A stretch of DNA of 58,625 nt, the filler included, from Sphacelaria rigidula (Eukaryota): the NCBI GenBank assembly GCA_964200075.2. It is 7 parts of 7 records of this genome, joined end to end, with 100 filler letters (N's around TTAATTAATTAA, not from the genome) between each part and the next. Parts side by side here need not be neighbours in the genome. Positions count along the whole stretch, not along the records: positions 8,391 to 16,680 come from CAXNAA020011639.1; positions 16,781 to 25,069 come from CAXNAA020011640.1; 5 more parts are not named here. One strand, written 5' to 3'. The position numbers and the translations under genes are program-made. Shown one piece after another: positions 12,754 to 23,310 of the stretch; position 1 is the stretch's first letter, and every line of letters starts with the position of its first letter. The notes under the pieces were generated by a model that did not search any database, was not told the DNA's origin, and saw only the letters and a list, made by a program, of their open reading frames with translations.

Positions 12754-14726
12754 ATGAACCTGAGAGACGTACACGAGTATTTCGGAAACCAAAAACACTT
12801 CCCTCGAATACGAAAACTCCTGCACATGATTGAGTACGAAGTCCCAATGAACACATTGTCTCGCGATCCCGATCTTCGAGGAGCGCTGAAATACGGCAAT
12901 CACCGCAGTATTGAAGAACACATGCCTCAAGTCTGGGAAAAGTTGGTTGAGGATGTACGAAGGAACAGATGCCTGATGTTTGAAAAGGGGGCGGCGCTCG
13001 AAATCAGCGGCCTCAGAGTGGCCCCGCTTGGGGCAGTAGTAACTAGCAAAGTCAGGATTATCAACGATTTTTCGTTCGATCCCAGCGTACCGAAGGGAGA
13101 AAAGGGCGGCCTCAACCGGGACACGATTGTGGACGAGGTGCCGCAATGTCTCTGCGGAGAGGCACTCCCAAAACTACTGAACGAACTCCTGAAGTTACGT
13201 GTCAAGTTTCCGGATAGCAGAATCCTTCTGTCAAAGGCGGACGTCTCGAATGCGTTCAGCAATGTCAGGATCGCGCCCGACCAGGCGCAAAACTGCTGTT
13301 ACGTGGTAAACGACGTTATAGTAGCAGACTTTCGGCTCACGTTCGGATGGACGGGATCCCCCGCCTGCTGGGGACTCTTATCACAGGCGCTGGACACGCA
13401 CACTGCAATACCACAATACTCGACGCCGTAATACTCGACGAAGGTAGAGAGATGATGAAACACGTCACCATAGTCGAGTCCTGGGAAGAAGGGACGCCTA
13501 CAAAGGTCCCGCCCGACGCTGCTATTCCCCTCAGCAAACGGGGGGGGGACTCCACGATCCCTTTTCGCTAGCGTGTATGTGGACGACTATATCCGAGCAA
13601 GGATACAGCACGGCGGGCAAGATAAATCGTCGCTAGCCGCGTCAGCTTCGCTAGCCTCAGATTACGTCAGACTGTTCGGTCCCGGAGAGCTGGGCGAGAT
13701 ACCCATCCTCGCATCTTAAAAAAGTACAAACTGGGACACCAGTGTAGATGCGATGGGATTCACGATCGACACACACACCATGCGGATAGCGGTCACTCGA
13801 GAAAAGGTCGAAGCTATCAAAGAATCGCTGGAGCGCGACTGGCCCGCGGACAGGACACGCGCGATCGCGCAAGACGTACTCAGCATAGCTGGAAAACTCT
13901 GGAACCTCACGTTTGTTGTAAGACCCGGAAAATACTTCGTATGGCAACTACTACGCCTCACCGACCTACACGTAGCCGCGAAAAAGAAACGTAAGGTGAG
14001 ACGTACAGTGAACCTTGGTTGGGAGTTTCAAGAGGATATCGCCTTTTGGAAATGGGCTATTGCGGAGAACCTGGTGCATCGCGGTGAATCGCTTGGCACC
14101 CCGTTCTTTGCCCACACAAAACACAACGCATCTCGTAGATACATCTCCGACGCGAGCCTGGCAGCGGTAGGCGGGTACTGCCCACAGCTCGGGTTATTCT
14201 GGCGGTGCTCATGACCACATGAGCTCACATGTGAACTGAAGAGAAAAGCAAGAAATAGAGAAACATGTTCGATCACTATCAATCTACTAGAACTGTGTGG
14301 AATGTTCATGACCGCCTGCGCTATCCAAATGTTCAAGGGCGAAAGGCCCACAGAGAGAGAGGACCCAATCCTGATGCGCGGGGACAACTCGTCGGCAGTA
14401 CACCGGGTAAATAAATGCGGAGATCAAAAGACAGACGCGCCGCCCTTCTGACGCGAATGATGGGTCGCATGGAAGTCGCCACTGGGTGGTGTACTATAGC
14501 GAAACACATACCTGGCGTCGAAAACGAGCTAGCAGACGGCATCTCGAGATGGCCGGAGTCGGAGGTGGCCGAGAGGATAGCACGGTTGTCAGGAAAGCTC
14601 AACTGGAGACGGCTAGAGCTAGGAAATCGAGGCAGAGAGATGCTCGAATCGATTCTGCAAGAAAAACCCCTGGACCACAGCCTAGACGAACAGATCTGGA
14701 ACATAATGTCCCGACAAGCAGACTGA
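12754..14726 (+). pseudogene. Reverse transcriptase / RNase H (pol) of the YR retrotransposon
   Basis: RT motifs KVRIINDFS, KADVSNAF, RLTFGWTGSP and YVDD (13576-13587). RNase H motifs YISDAS, INLLELCG, GDNSSAV and HIPGVENELADGISR. Frameshifts near 13385 and 14410; stops near 13717 and 14212. Confidence 0.9.
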
Positions 14727-14739
14727 ACCCGCGCTGAAC

Positions 14740-15394
14740 TCGTGATACTATTGCAGGACAAAAGAGAGGCCCCGCCAGAGATGAGAAGGGCGTTGCAAAG
14801 CTAGTAGAACTACTAGCCCACGCGTCAATTAATTCCAGCACAAGAAGCGGGTACGAGAAAAATTTCGAAACGTAGTCGGAGTAGAGGGTCCGTCGAGAAA
14901 AGCCCGTATATATGTCAAGGACCGACGGCGAGGCTAGCGCGGTCATCGATATCACTGAATTTATTGCGTGGCGATTTTTTACGCACAAAAACCAGAGGGG
15001 GACAGTGCGGGGGTATCTGTCAGCGATAAGCTTTCACCACAAGATGCATACCGGTTGGGAGTTACCTATGAAACACTGTATGATAGCAGCCGTGCTCAAG
15101 GGAGTGGATCGGGCACACGGAAAATCCGAAGTAAGGCCCCGCGTGCAAAAACCGCTGACATTATTGCTGTTGGTAGAAGGGAGAATGCTAGAGACGGGTA
15201 CGACACAGAGCCGAGTCACATGGATAGGCCTAGCCCTATCGTATTTTCTTCTATGCAGGGCCTCCGAAATCTGGGCATACAACGATGGTTCGGTACATCC
15301 AGATTTTTGCCTCCGGAGGGGAGACATTACCTTTTTCAGAGAAAAAGACTCCCAACTGATCTGGTCAGACAGGGTCATGACCGATAGGGTCGAG
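14740..15394 (+). pseudogene. Tyrosine recombinase (N-terminal part), truncated by a copia insertion
   Basis: Core-binding segment (STRSGYEKNF...TVRGYLSAISFHH) and box I LSYFLLCRASEI carrying the catalytic Arg. The reading stops at DRVE, where the foreign TGTTGA sequence begins, before the expected catalytic Lys, HxxR and Tyr. Confidence 0.85.
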
Positions 15395-16680
15395 TGTTGA
15401 GGTGAACAGCCTTTTCAGTGTAGTCTACAGGAATGATCAGCCACGGTACAGAGGTATCCATCTTCACAGGTTGTGACAGTCACATGCGGTGGGATTTGAT
15501 ACCGTAGTAGGCGTATATCTCTTGTACTCACGTACGCAATGTCTGGGAACTCCGCTTACCACGGTGTTGGGTAGCCACACGAGTTCACTTCGTTTTCTTC
15601 CTTATTTTCCTTCCTTGACTTGTGTAGTCAAGCCATGTAATACTACTCTTCTACAACAACATGATCGGCTCAGCCGTGTCCTTTAATCGACCTTCATCAG
15701 TCGTGTCTAGCTGTCCCTGTTTACGGATCACTCATCAAGGAACACTCTAGATAGTCCATTCGATTTGCCAACGGCTTGTGGTCCAAACATTGGACCAAGA
15801 TGGCAGGACCGAGGGACGCGGTCATACCCCCAACAGCGACCGGGGACGACGCGGACTCTAGAGGCAGTTTGTATTAACCAAAGGTAGCGATGTCCCGATT
15901 AGTGCTCGGGGCACTACCCGCGGGCGGGGAGAAGAAGTCACGTGGTGAGACGCACCTCACCACGCGGTCGGGATTTGGGATGTCCGGGCGCAGCACGGTC
16001 GAAAGATCAGTTCAGGCTAGCTCTGGGGAGCGGGCTTTGTTCCTGAGCTATTCACTGCGCCCGTGGGAGACATGTTCTGCGAAAATGACGTCACCACTCA
16101 GCTGCAACAGTGTGCAGGGGGCGCGCACCGTCTACCTTGTGCGCGGAGAAGGGGTAGAGAAGATTCACCGAGTGCTTATGTACCAAACGTGAGTACTACA
16201 CCGAATGGGGTGGTACCGCGGGGATTTCTTGCTTTGCAAGGTGTTTCTAGTTCCCGGGACTTCAGTACAGCATCCGCGCAGTTGTGGATTTTGATTTTGT
16301 GGGTGGAGCCAGACTTTTACATGACAATCATGGGGATGAAATGTGATGGTAGTGGTAAGTGTGTCTGCAGGTGGCTGCTGATCAGTGTGTCCCCGACGGA
16401 TATGGTGACATGAAGTGTGGCGCTGTAGTATGCTTTTCATGTTTCAACAGTAGGGTGAGCTGTCAGAGGATTTGAGAGAAGCGACTGTTTGACTGAAAAA
16501 CTGCCGGATATATTTTCCTCATCTCGGCGGGACGAAGTTCCTCGAGGGGATGGTAGGTGCATTCTGTTTCGCGGTTGTATGTGACAAGAAAAAAATATCT
16601 GGGCCAACACGTGAAATTAGACGGAGTATTGTACGACGATGTATGGTGGTAATAAAAAGAATGCGCGCAAGAACCTCACG
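15395..16680 (+). mobile_element. Degenerate Ty1/copia LTR retrotransposon 5' part (LTR ~15395-15773, PBS-like site, decayed gag/protease)
   Basis: Starts TGTTGA and reaches CCAAC(G) at ~15773, followed by GCTTGTGGTCC, which resembles the copia-type PBS GGTTATGGGCCC. Downstream remnants resemble copia protease: WIL..YMT, QVAADQCVPDGYGDM, LKNCRIYFPHLG. Confidence 0.55.
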
Positions 16681-17170
16681 NNNNNNNNNNNNNNNNNNNN
16701 NNNNNNNNNNNNNNNNNNNNNNNNTTAATTAATTAANNNNNNNNNNNNNNNNNNNNNNNNNNNNNNNNNNNNNNNNNNNNAAGACGGTCGATGGAAGAGA
16801 CTGATTTCCCGTCACATGTGTGTACAATTTCCAAAAACAAGGGTACAATTGGGAGAAAAGTAGTCACAGCAGGGTATACCGTGGCCGTCTACCGCCGCCG
16901 CCGGGTGAAAATGGTCGTTGGCTAATCAGCTGCTCTCATTTCTCCTCCAAACAAAGAGGGTACCCAGGCTTGTCGCTAATGCAACATGGTATACCCTACT
17001 GTGACGTTTGCCCTTATTTGTATTTTACAAATACATGGTGAAAAGGGTTAACACCACGTCGTCACCACCCCTCGGGCGGAGCTTAAGTCCCCGATTCGGT
17101 ATTATGATTCAGGACCAAGTTCGAGTACAGCTTGCCGTGAAGAACCAATCAATTCAGTGACATGTTGCAG

Positions 17171-17638
17171 ATATCTTTGGATCACTCTCCGATCCAGTGC
17201 GCAAACTGTGCGGAAAGGCACCATACCGTGGGAGCCTTCAACCGTTTGAAGGTATTCAAAAAGACAACTAGGCCTGCCGCTGAAGTGTCAAGCGGACAAA
17301 GTACTGGTTGAACACATGGACACGCTGGGCACTCCAGGGATGAGGATATACAGCATACCACGCACACCGCAGAGATTGCGTCAATCCAACGTGCAATGCA
17401 GCCAAGCCGCAAATCAGAATCAATCACTGAATCGAAGCGCACCCCGTCCCGGAACCAATAACGGGGACTCAACCACAACCAAACCCTTCCATTGCAGGTT
17501 GTTGACACTGGCGTACAAGAGGAATCGTGTTACTTTGCGGAAGGCGAAGACGGTGGAAAAGTGGTACACGGATACCTTCGGGACGAGAACGGGACTCTGG
17601 GAGAGGGAAACTTTACGTTTGACCTGTCAAGGCGGAAG
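17171..17638 (+). CDS. Two putative exons (~17171-17251, ~17498-17638) of an unknown gene
   Basis: TTGCAG acceptors and AAG|GT donors give a phase-0 join ISLDHSPIQCANCAERHH...RLK|VVDTGVQEESCYF...SRRK. No recognised domain. Confidence 0.3.
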
Positions 17639-18183
17639 GTTGTCCAATGTAAGCCCCACGCTTTTTTTTTTTTTTAACAAGAACATCTTGCCGGGGTATT
17701 TTAACCATTTTTCTGTACTTTGACCAGGCACTGAAGAAACTGGCCACGTGCGTCAAACCTAACGTAGCCCCCTCCCTCCATACCCCCTCCTTCCCCGCCC
17801 CCCTCCGAGGAGTAGATCGCCCTGTTGTTCCTAATCTCAACCCATGCGCGAAACGTGTGAAACCTTCCATGCCCAAGCCCTACCCGCCATTTAGAAAACA
17901 AAGTTGTGTTTTCATAGTCACCTCACGCGAGTTCTCTCCTACCCCCGCCCGCGTGAGACCGCACCGCGCCGGGACGACGTTGTAAAGAGATCCTACAGGA
18001 CCAAGGATCGATAGTTGAAAGCCTTCGATGAGTCATTCGTTTTCATGTGCAGAGCCAAGGTTCTGTCTAAAATATATTTCGGGACACGTACACCCCAAGA
18101 TGGAACAAATCGAGTTTTTAAGAGGGAGGTAAGGGGGGGCGGCAGAGGGGGGGGCGTACTTATTTGTCGCTTGCCTTAGTCGT

Positions 18184-19765
18184 TTGACCATTGACCACGC
18201 ATCCCTTTCGAGACGGAGCACCGTTCCTGCTCCTCCTGATAGAGACAACTTCAACATTCCGGCGCTCATTACGTCTCTTCCATACGTTACACAAGAACCT
18301 TTTACAAGTCTTATCCCCGTCCTATTTCGCCGTCTGTGGCCACCATCCATCTTCATGTATAACCATCGTTTACTCGCTACTGTCTACTGCATCAAACGAT
18401 TTCATGCCGCCTTCGTTCACGTCTCGCAGTTCCTCCTTGTATAGTTCACATTCTGCCGCTATATGATTTCTGCTCTCTATTGCTTCGCCACAGAGACAGT
18501 TGTGTCCAACTATGTCCTTCTCCTTTCGACGACTGGTATAAATATCTCTTTCTTCTTTCTGGCAGGTCCAGGTCCCCCACCCGAAATCGCACTTTCAATG
18601 TGATCGCCGCGTCCATGGGGCCATGCAAATACGTTTTCATCCCTATCCCCTCTCTTAACCCTCCGTTCATTCTCAGGTGTTCTTCCTCGTCTCTCTTGCG
18701 TCTGAGCGCTCCTTTTCCCCTTATTTCTGTCATGTCTCTTGCTTTTATCTTGTACCCCGCGTCTTCTCCTATAGGCAATATTTCGTCTTGGTTTCCTCTT
18801 ATCTCCTTCCGTACTTTCTTGACTTCTCTATTCCACCTTATTCCAGCCTTCCCTTTCGTACTTTCTTCCATACAGCCGTATCAACTCTAGCTGGCAACCT
18901 CTTTCTCTGCATGTGCTTCAGGCTATATTGCCATCTCAATCTCCTCATGTTTCTGTTCGTTTCAAGTGAGTACATCCCCAACTCTGCTCTCAGTGCTGCA
19001 TTACTCGTCGTTTTCGAGCATCCAAAAATCTACCTAGCTGCGGCCATCTGTACTGTTGCCAACTACTTCACCAATTTCACGTTCCCCTCCCATACTTCTC
19101 CTGCATGTTTCAGCTTAGGTACGATCACGTTCCTCAGGATACATGTCATGATCCTAGTGTCTAGGTGCGGGTCACAGAGGATCACGGCCATCCTTCCTAT
19201 CTGTGCCTTACCCTTTTTTATTACTTTATTTATGTGTGCATCCCATGAACAGTGTTGTGAGATCTCTACGCGAAGGTTTGTATACTGGTCTACGATCTGC
19301 AGTTCCTCTTCTCCCCACCTCTACTTTAACTCTACCGGATTTTTCGTATCTTCTTTACAGACGAGTACCGCGCATTTGTTGATATTCGCGGTCACTCTTC
19401 ATTTTCTAGTGTATTCTAGCACCCTCTCCATCTGTTGTTGCAATCATTGCGCTGTTCCTGAAATCCCCACACAATCATCTGCAAACATCAATCTTCACCA
19501 ACCTTGACTCCTTAATTTTCTGCTTCTATTGCTAGTATCAAGTCGTTAACAAATACCTTGGACAAAGTGGGAGACCACGTACATTCTTGTGCAACTCCTT
19601 GTGAAGAAATATAAAAATATTAAGATATTTCCCCGTCCAGCATAATGGCACTTTTGGCACATTCTGCCCTCTTCTTCACCATTCTCCACGTCTTTCCTCT
19701 AATCCTAGCTTCCCACAACTTTTCCCACAGCTCATTTCTCCATACTGTGCCATATGTGAAAGGCA
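18184..19765 (-). mobile_element. Degenerate non-LTR retrotransposon (LINE), RT and C-terminal part of ORF2
   Basis: Minus-strand remnants YGTVWRNELWEKLW, GVAQECTWSPTL, MFADD (19474-19488), HINKVIKKGK, NVIVPKL and ALRAELG, with many stops. The 3' end has (TGGTCAA)2. Confidence 0.88.
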
Positions 19766-20024
19766 CATCTTTGCAGTGACATACAAGGGTCGGACGGGGC
19801 CGCCTTTCAGCGGCCCTATCCTCCACGATGAGCGTGGAAAATGATGAATTTAATTTGGGAGATGGTAAAGGCAATGACTTCTACCAAGAGGTTGAGCCAA
19901 AAATTGGATATCTATCTGTATCGGTTATGGAACTATGTTATATGTGATGAGTGGAAGATGGAAGATGCGGCACGGGGGTAATGTTTGATCCGTTCGTTCG
20001 TGCAATTTTTTCATCCTTTCAGCG

Positions 20025-22401
20025 CGTGTCTTAGGCCAACTCTAATGATAGCCGTTCAAAATTCCTGTTTTAAACTGCCTTGTGGGCCCTTCTCCATCGA
20101 TTTACGCCCGAAAAGAGGGCTAGACGCATGTTGACGCCTTGTGATGACTTGCTCTACTCGTTGAGACCGTTCTAGGTCAACTTTGCATTTCCCGCTGGCC
20201 GCACTTTTGTTTTTGGCCGAATGAGGCTAAACACGGATGTTCAGTATAGAACGATCAGGTGATCAAAATTTCCCCCTGTTTTTTTATCCCTTGACCGTGT
20301 TTTGATGAAAATTCGTATTTGGCCGAAAATGAAAGTGCCACCATCGGGAAATGCAAAGTTTCCCTGGAACGGCCTCAATGAGTAGAGCAAGTCATTCCCA
20401 GGCGTCAATATCCGCCTAGCCCTCTTTTCAGGCGAAAAACGACGGAGAAGAGCCAAAAAGGCAGTTTTGATCAGAAATTTTGAACGGCTCCCATGTGTTT
20501 CTTTTTTCTCGCACTTTGAACCCCGCCCCTTCCTCGGGGTGAGTCCGTGGTCTCAAGGGATGAACCCGTCTCCCCCCTGGTACGCGCCTTTCATTTTGGT
20601 CTCGCGGATTGGGTCAGCACTCCCGCACCACGTCAACTTACGTCACACAAACCCAGTCGACTACTGTGTTTACTCACGTTCTCACTCTTTCCACGGTGGA
20701 AATCATACATCACGAAGAAAAACCCCAACGCATCGAAAGTTGAACCCCCGTTCTCTCCACCCCTATGGCGATAGTCGGACCATTACACCACTGGGGCGCG
20801 GCACCATTAGAGTCGGTCTAGGCCAAGAAGGCAGGTCTTACCAGGAATTTTGAACGGCTCCCATTAGCGGGAGCCGTTCAAAATTTATGTTCAAACCTGC
20901 CTTTTTGACCCTTCATCCTCGTTTTACGCCTGAAAAGAGGGCTAGGCAGATACTGACGCCTTGGAATGACTTGCTCCACTCAAGGAGACCGCGCCAGGGC
21001 AACTTTGCATTCCCCGCTGGCCGCACTTTCATTTTTGGCCGAACACGGATTTTCAATGAAAAACGGTCAAGCGATAAAAAAACAGGGGAAAATTTTGATC
21101 ACCTGACCATTTTTGCTGAAAATACGTGTTTGGCTTGATTTGCCACGAAACAAAAGTGCGGCAAGCGGGAAATGCACAGTTGCCCTAGAACGTTCTCAAC
21201 GAGTAGAGCAAGTCATTCCGAGGCGTCAACATCCACCTAGCTCTCTTTTCGGGCGTAAATCGACGGAGAAGGGCCCAAAAGGCAGTTTCAGAGAGGAACT
21301 TCGAGCGCCTCCCATTAGAGTTGGCCTTAAGGCGTGTCTTAGCACCTTGGTTTTCGATCTAAAATGTGCGGTGGAGAGCAAAAATCCTGATCTGATGGGT
21401 GATAATTTCAATCATCATCGAAAATTGTGAACATGGTTGAAATCACGACCCATCAGCTCGGGATTTGTTTTTTCAACCGCACATTTTCGATAAAAAAACA
21501 ATATGCGAAGAACGACTCCAATGGGAGCCGTTCAAAATTTCTGATCAAACCTGCCTTTTTGCGCCGTTCTCCGTCGGTTTCGCCTGAAAAGAGGGCTAGG
21601 CAGATACTGACGCCTTGGAATGACTTGCTCTACTCAAGGAGACCGCGCCAGGGCAACTTTGCATTTCCCGTTGGCCGCACTTTCATTTTTGTCCGAACAC
21701 GGATTTTCGATGAAAAAAGGTCAAGAGATAAAAAAACAGGGGAAAATTTTGATCACCTGATCATTTTTGTTGAAAATACGTGTTTGGCTTGATTTGCCAC
21801 AAAAAAAAAGTGCGGCAAGCGGGAAATGCACAGTTGCCCTAGAACGTTCTCAACAAAAATCCTGATCTGATGGGTCGTAATTTCAACCATCATCGAAAAT
21901 TGTGAACATGGTTGAAATCACGACCCATCAGCTCGGGATTTGTTTTTTCAACCGCACATTTTCGATAAAAAAACAATATTCGAAGACCGACTCTAATGGG
22001 AGCCGTTCAAAATTTCTGATCAAAACTGCCTTTTTGACCCTTCTCCGTCGGTTTCGCCTGAAAAGAGGGCTAGGTGGATATTGACGACTTGGAATGACTT
22101 GCGCTACTCATTGAGGCTGTTCCAGGGCAACTTTGCATTTCCCGTTGGCCGCACTTTCATTTTTGGTCGAACACGGATTTTCAACAAAAAGCGGTCGAGC
22201 GATCAACAAAAAAGGGGAAATTTAGATCACCTGACCGTTTTATACTGAACATCCTTATTTGGCCTGGTTTGGCCAAAAACGAAAGTGCGGCCATCGGGGA
22301 ATGCAAAAGTTGCCCTAAAACGGTCTCAACGAGTAGCGCAAGTCATTCCCAGGCGTCAACAGCCGCCTAGACATCTTTTCGGGCGTAAATCGACGGAGAA
22401 G
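20025..22401. repeat. Array of nested inverted (foldback) repeats: ~450-bp hairpin units alternating with ~190-bp hairpin spacers
   Basis: The arm GAGCCGTTCAAAAT...GAAAAGAGGGCTAG...GAATGACTTG...GCAACTTTGCATT.CCCG.TGGCCGCACTTT occurs forward at ~20050, 20870, 21525 and 22000, and reversed at ~20320-20493, 21150-21315, 21810-21850 (partial) and 22280-22400. Confidence 0.9.
20495..20803 (-). mobile_element. tRNA-derived SINE inserted in the foldback array, flanked by a CCAT duplication
   Basis: Minus-strand head GCCCCAGTGGTGTAATGGTCC (A-box) and GGTTCAAC (B-box), A-rich 3' end. It splits the array motif GGCTCCCATTAGAG, with CCAT at 20491-20494 and 20804-20807. Confidence 0.75.
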
Positions 22402-23091
22402 AACTGTGATGGTAAATGACCGAGTGCGTGAATTGAACTAGTTTTTTGGGAATTGCCAATGATCCCCAGAAACGACCGGCGGGTATGAACCCAAAATTCC
22501 AGTCGAATGTGTGCTTGTGTTGACAAAAAATTGCATTATTAAAGCCTTGATCTTGCCCCAGAAGTCGGATGAGGATTGTACCCGATTAGCCGCGTGTACC
22601 TGCTGCTACTCCAGCTTTGATTGACTTGAGGTACAGTGCGTCGCGCTGATTTGTATATGGATGACAACATTGTATGCGTAGCTAGGAGCTTTTGAGGGCA
22701 ATTGTGAACAGCATCGCCCACGATGTTCACTTGCGACTCACCTGCCTGAGAAGGACTTACCGTTAAACTAATCACAAGAAGAACCACCAGCTTTTCATCT
22801 GCTCTACGCGGCGTCTCATCTTTCTGGCCGGCAAGCCGTTCTCAAGAAGTGAATAACGTATATCATAATCCCTTGGTGTCAGTTGGTGTTCCCTTTTATC
22901 GAAAGATCTCGGTGCTTACTTTCAATAACAGCTGTTCGCATGTTGACGAGTGCCTTGCGTTTGAGAGACCCTACTGTTTGAGTTAAAGAGTCGAAAATAG
23001 GACCAGTGCGTCACATACTTACCCACCTTGGGTTGTGGCTTGCTCTGCTAACGAATACGTCGACAGGACCCAAAGGGTAGTTTTCAACAGG

Positions 23092-23310
23092 CATTTTGAA
23101 CGGCTACCATTAGAGTTGACCTAAGACACGCCCTTAGCACTTTATTTTCGATCGAAAGAGTGCGGTCGATTTGTTTTTCGCCGACGTACACCGCATTTAT
23201 ATTCCCAAAAGGCTTCAACTCAAAATTATAAATAGGGGCGCGCCGAGAAGAATGCAACGAGGTTGAAAACAATCGTGTTCGATCGAAAACATGCGGTCGA
23301 AAGGCACAAA
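23092..23310 (+). repeat. Dispersed fragment related to the foldback-array spacer family (another at ~41165-41310)
   Basis: Shares ATTTTGAACGGCT.CCATTAGAGTT and TTTTCGATC.AAA...TGCGGT with 21300-21375, and CACCGCATTT...GCTTCAACTCAA with 41230-41280. Confidence 0.7.

Larger units (their letters stand above)
9278..15394 (+). mobile_element. Degenerate tyrosine-recombinase retrotransposon (DIRS order, Ngaro-like): gag - RT/RNase H - YR
   Basis: The order gag-like ORF, RT, RNase H, tyrosine recombinase on one strand is diagnostic of the DIRS order. There is no room for a methyltransferase between RNase H and YR. Multiple stops and frameshifts. Termini not resolved. Confidence 0.88.

Noticed and set aside
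15395..16449. TGTTGA...TCAACA as a 1.05-kb solo LTR or TIR element
   Set aside because: No TSD (TCGAG versus GTAGG), and copia protease-like remnants run across 16449.
20025..22401. CRISPR-like array
   Set aside because: Units are hundreds of bp and inverted, there are no unique spacers and no cas genes, and the context is eukaryotic.
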